Both the position numbers and the translations under genes were made by a program. A stretch of 61,342 nucleotides of DNA, the filler included, from Sphacelaria rigidula (Eukaryota): assembly GCA_964200075.2 (NCBI GenBank). It is 5 parts of 5 records of this genome, joined end to end, with 100 filler letters (N's around TTAATTAATTAA, not from the genome) between each part and the next. Parts side by side here need not be neighbours in the genome. Positions count along the whole stretch, not along the records: positions 49,158 to 61,342 come from CAXNAA020004029.1; 4 more parts are not named here. The stretch is one strand, 5' to 3'. The notes under the pieces are model-generated. The model saw only the letters and a program-made list of their open reading frames with translations. It was not told the DNA's origin and searched no databases. Of the stretch, positions 49,520-61,342 are shown in pieces. Numbering within the stretch: the stretch's first letter is position 1; every line of letters starts with the position of its first letter.

Positions 49520-50210
49520 TGTTGGCCGTGTAATTACGTCTTGAATGTTCACTTGCTTACTCCTCCACCGGTCATTTGTCACGGTAGAGAGTTTAGTGCG
49601 TAGCAGATTGTTTTCATGCGAACACCGCTGTGTTCAGGCAATATGTAAATAGTGTGGTTCATTGAGACCATCCACCAGTCGACCAAGTCAGTCAATACAC
49701 TCGCGCTCACGACAGTTGTGCAACTTTTGTATCGAGCTGAGGGTACTTTTACATTAGAGTGAAATTTGTCCGAAAGTTCTGTAATGGGCTCAAAGAAAGT
49801 CGGCGAGCCATGAGTCATCGAATCAAAGTAACGGCAGAGACGATTGCTACAGGATCGACAGACAGGAATTGTTCTAGTACACAACAATAATCGGCCATAC
49901 GCCCTTTTCGAATCTGACGGACGACGCGTGCGCTATTTGCCGATACGTTGACTCCGCGGAATTCCTGTTGCATCACGCGCACCGAATGGTCGTTATTTTC
50001 TCTTACTTCTTCAAAATATGTATCGTAGTCCAAAGTACGAGATGACTTTTCTGGACCTCAAACATGTATCTACCGGCGGCCTACGTACAAGGTTCACGCC
50101 TAGCTGGGCAGGATATTCCGCTTTCGATATCCATAAAAAGGGCGACACACGTTCGAATATACGAACACCGGTACCATTTTTTTCTTTTGCAATAATCAAT
50201 ATGGCATAAA
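49520..50210 (-). pseudogene. Possible tyrosine recombinase remnant (DIRS/Ngaro/Crypton-type)
   Basis: The broken frames ..VISYFGLRY.FEEVR..NSARVVRQIRKGR..SVDPVAIV / RLCRYF..GSPTFFEPI..ARYKS.. resemble the YR blocks F.GLLR.SE, SK.DQ.R.G, CPV and P.F. Recognised by eye only. Confidence 0.35.
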
Positions 50211-50882
50211 CATTCGCAACCACGAACGTGAACGACTAATAATTATAAAGATATGTATTTCCCTCTTAGCTCGGTGCGGATTTTCCACCCTCCGGAGGGG
50301 TTTCGTCGATGACGGAGCACTATCCCCGCTTTTAATACGCACACTCATGGAGCACACACCATGTATGAGTAGAGTGAGCCACCTTCTGTATCCGCATGTA
50401 CACCGGAGGCGATCCGTTAGCAACATAGATGAGCGACCCCGAAGCACTCACGCCTACTACCCAACAGATCTCCCGTATCTATGCGTGCATATACAAAGAG
50501 AGGACGACACAGAAACAGGTGAACACTCAGTAGCATCAACCTGAACACTCAGTAGCATCAACCTAAACGAGGGGCGTAGATTTTTCGGTTAAACCAAATG
50601 GGCACTGCATGCGGGTGACCTGGTAATAATGCTGATTCTGTGGTTTCAGACGATACCCGAATGGTATTGATTGATTGATTGATGATTGATTGATTTTCTC
50701 ACATGTAGCTGCTTGCAACAATCCAGCCCGTGGTCAGGAGCAGCAAAAATAGAACAGAATAATAAAAAAGGAAAAAAAGGGAGAAAGGGAGATACAGTAT
50801 TTATTATGTGTCCCTAGAATAAACTTCGTGCACATGTTTGTTTACCTCAGAAAAACACCGGCTATTCTTGCTCTGAAAACAG

Positions 50883-58212
<7,330 letters not shown>

Positions 58213-59711
58213 CTGACGAGTAGTAGCCGCCAGTGCGAAAAGAAAGGGGCTTCCTTCTCAGCACCCTAGGTTGGTACTGATTTTTAATCTACACGATCGG
58301 CCGCTGACGCACGTTATCCGCAGTTTAAAGCGTCCCTAGGATATGGTACGTTATGGATGAGGTAAAAGACGTGCGCACAGCGTGAATCGGGTTGTAATCG
58401 CACGCGTTGCCGCGTCGTGTAGCCATTGTAACCCCGCCTATATTCTGGGACATCTGTTTTGCAAACCGGTTCACGTTTTCGCACATGCTGGTCAAGTTTA
58501 ACGTGTGAGCAGCGGCCACCCGGGTATTTTCTTTGGCTTGATGCAGTAGGTCGAGAAACTAACTGCATAAGCGGAGCAGAGGATGCACAAGAGCGTAGGT
58601 AACGTTTACGATAACTGCACAGGCAGGTTACGCGGTACACGAAAGCTTCGCGGTCGAAGCTCAGGGTCACGAAATCTTGCTTGGCTGAAGATGAACACGA
58701 CTAAGAGGATACATACTAGGGCTTCTCAGCACACACGTGATGTTCATGAAGCCTCACAACTCAGTATTTGGAGGCACGTCAACAGCTTATTCTCGGACTG
58801 ATGCAGCAACGGGATTGTAGCTGTCGAAGCCGAACGCATCAACTCGTTGGCTCTGGTTGAGGAGGTCTCTAGCTTTTTGCGAGGGAGGGGTATTCGAAAT
58901 CTCGGTATATTGTTGATACATGATTCAACAAATTGAGTGAGCAACTGCTGCACTTATAGTTTCTATTCAATTGGGTATTACTCCGCGAAATTTTGCTTCG
59001 TGTAAGGATTTTTGTTCCGCTTATCAGCAACCTTCGAGACTGCTTGGGGTATGTTTTTGAAATAATTGTGCAGAGTATTCTCCCGTTCGTTTAATTTACA
59101 CGTAGTAAGCGATAAACCGCGGATCATGAAGACGGATATGCGCCCCATGGTCTCGTCTCTGAAGGGATGGCAACAACCTTGGGGTCACACCTATATTCAT
59201 GTACGAAGTATCAGTATAGTGAGCATTTTTTTTTACACTGTTTCCTGGGGCAAAGATAGCCATGCAGTACAGTGTCACCGCACAACCCGGCGCAATCCCA
59301 TTGTTGGCAGCCTGTGTCATGCCACGATGCACGATGTTCGTTGAAGCTGCCGGATATGGATAGGGAAACTCGAACCATGCACCGCGATGACGCTGGGATG
59401 CAGTTGTAATGTCTCTGAAACTGGAGCAGACTCGCGCTTGCCATAGTACACGATGTCAAAAGGGTTGTGGGAGTTAGGATTACACGTTGACGACCGCCGG
59501 GGCGATAACCTCGGTACAGTTGGCCACCCTGTCGCGAAGCATGTTGGGAGCGGCGGCTTGACCTCTGCAGCTGCACACTACACGCATGATCGACAGTCCA
59601 CGTGTCTCCTTCATTTCAAAGTGTCTCGTTTGGCGGCAGGGTGACAAAGTTGCCAACGAGGACAACGCGTACCGCAGTGGTCACCCATGGAGGGCACGGG
59701 CGTGGGGTTGG

Positions 59712-59753
59712 TTAGGATTAGGGTTAGGGTTAGGGTTAGGGTTAGGGTTAGGG
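59712..59753 (+). repeat. Interstitial telomeric repeat (TTAGGA + (TTAGGG)6)
   Basis: Direct reading. Confidence 0.92.
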
Positions 59754-61281
59754 TTTGCTGGGTTAGTAGCGGACCTGGAAGACTTAACCTGCGGTCAGGC
59801 GTTACTCTTGGTCCTACTGAACAAGACTGTCGAGCAAGTCCTGTTTGTGGGACCGAGTAAGAAGATACAGACTCAACCATGATTTAAACCGGATAGACTT
59901 AACTCGCAGGTTCCCTGGCAGTTCTCGTTTTCAAAGGTTTCAGACGGTAACTGAATAGTGCTCTTATTTTTGAATCTACTGTAGAGATTGCCAGTCATCG
60001 ATAAAAAAAATGTCCCATGGCTATAGGGAAGGCAGAGGGTGATGCTGGCTTGGGCCTGATATAGATATTTTTCCTCAATTCCAGCTTAACTGAGGCTTTT
60101 GAGTTTCCATCACCAGACGGTGATCTTTCAAATAAATGGCGTGATTCATTTCCCTTTCTATATTGTGTTCCCCTTCTACCAAAAAATCTGACAACCCAAA
60201 TAAACCCAACCCATACCAACCCACATATTGTTTCAGTTGATGTTGTGTAATGCAAATATTCTATCCGTTACTACTTTTCGCTGTGCCTTCACGGCTCGAC
60301 GTACTACGAGGGAGGTTAAACCTTGTCCTGCGAGGTTATCTAATACGCCCGGTTTGGTCCGATCCGTGCCCGTCTGCGCTCATAACCTATGAATGCCTCG
60401 AAGCGCATGGAGGTTACGGTAACGGAAACGGTAACGATTTTACTTGCGCTGATTATCCGTGAATGGCCAGGTCAGGGAAGCCAGTACGATACCTTCCACG
60501 TGGACAACGCGAACCTCGCGCACACCTCGCTAGCCAGATCTACTGGTAATGCATAACGAAAGTCGCGTAAAGTGCTCGGTAGACAAATGCCCTCTGCTGT
60601 AGTGATATTCGACACTTCTGTTTTTTAGTTTGTCCCCAGGAAGCGTTTGTATCGCCCCTAGCTCTCAACTAGTTCAGGGTTCCATTTACGCTACGAATAG
60701 TTGAACTATGCCGTGCAATAGTAAGTAAGGAGTCTTGGACCATTCCCGAACAAGTCAGTGTGTGACGAGATCCCAGGAAGAGTTTTCCGACTGAGATGCA
60801 GGGTCGCGACGATACAACAGTGCTACGAGGTGGCAGATCATAACGAATCGAATCTTCGTTCATTCCCACGCAAAATATAAAACGGGATGATGCGCACTTC
60901 TCCCCTCGGTTTTCTTGAATTCTTTGCCTCCCGTGGATGAAGAAACGCCCCGCACAAGCGGCCATTTGGGTACCCCCAAAAATGCCTCCACACGAAAAGT
61001 GAACCCTCGAAAGCGGTCAATTTTGTCCGTGGAGGTTTTTTACCCACTCTCTTTTGTTTCCCAGCACTATTGCTTCTTTCTTCTATAATTGAAAACACAC
61101 TGCTCAGGGCTGGTATCCATCACTGAAACAGTGTTTATTCCCTCTAGAGGGGTCAATTTCTACCCCTCCAAAGGGATAAAACACAGCTAGAGGAATTAGT
61201 AACCTCCACAGAGATTTCGTATTGTGTTGGATCCTCCAAAGTGCAAATAACCCCTCTAGGGGCCCTCTATGGGAGCTCCAA

Positions 61282-61342
61282 ACAGCCGATCATCTATGTT
61301 GAGGATGGTGCTTTTCATTGAGGATGAGAACCCGGAGGATTA
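61282..61342. mobile_element. MITE family D terminus (cut by window end)
   Basis: ACAGCCGATCATCTATGTTGAGGATGG...GAGAACCCGGAGGATTA matches the 48016 TIR. Confidence 0.8.

Noticed and set aside
59712..59753. True chromosome end
   Set aside because: Only 7 units, with 1.6 kb of ordinary sequence following in the same scaffold.

Overview
Eukaryotic, intron-rich and repeat-rich nuclear DNA. Long GT-AG introns, roughly balanced GC, TTAGGG repeats and microsatellite-tailed retroposons suggest a brown alga or other stramenopile (inference). The window is not one locus. It is five unrelated scaffolds of 12190, 12190, 12189, 12188 and 12185 bp, joined in descending length order by artificial 100-nt spacers (N44-TTAATTAATTAA-N44). 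Three host genes are supported, all 5'-incomplete: the last exon of a LITAF-domain gene, the last five exons of an NADH-cytochrome b5 reductase, and the last four exons of a choline-transporter-like (CTL/SLC44) gene. The rest is mostly mobile-element debris: an RTE-like LINE, a Ty3/Gypsy gag plus an inverted protease, a tRNA-derived SINE, piggyBac- and tyrosine-recombinase-like remnants, at least five MITE/TIR families and several satellites. One MITE family has Sola2-like GAG...CTC ends with 4-bp TSDs, and another has ends that merge into poly-G. Decayed short-intron genes of unknown family also occur and may be cargo of a large spliced DNA transposon. I found no intact novel multi-gene system. 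The best leads are the unclassified TE families and the short-intron cryptic genes.
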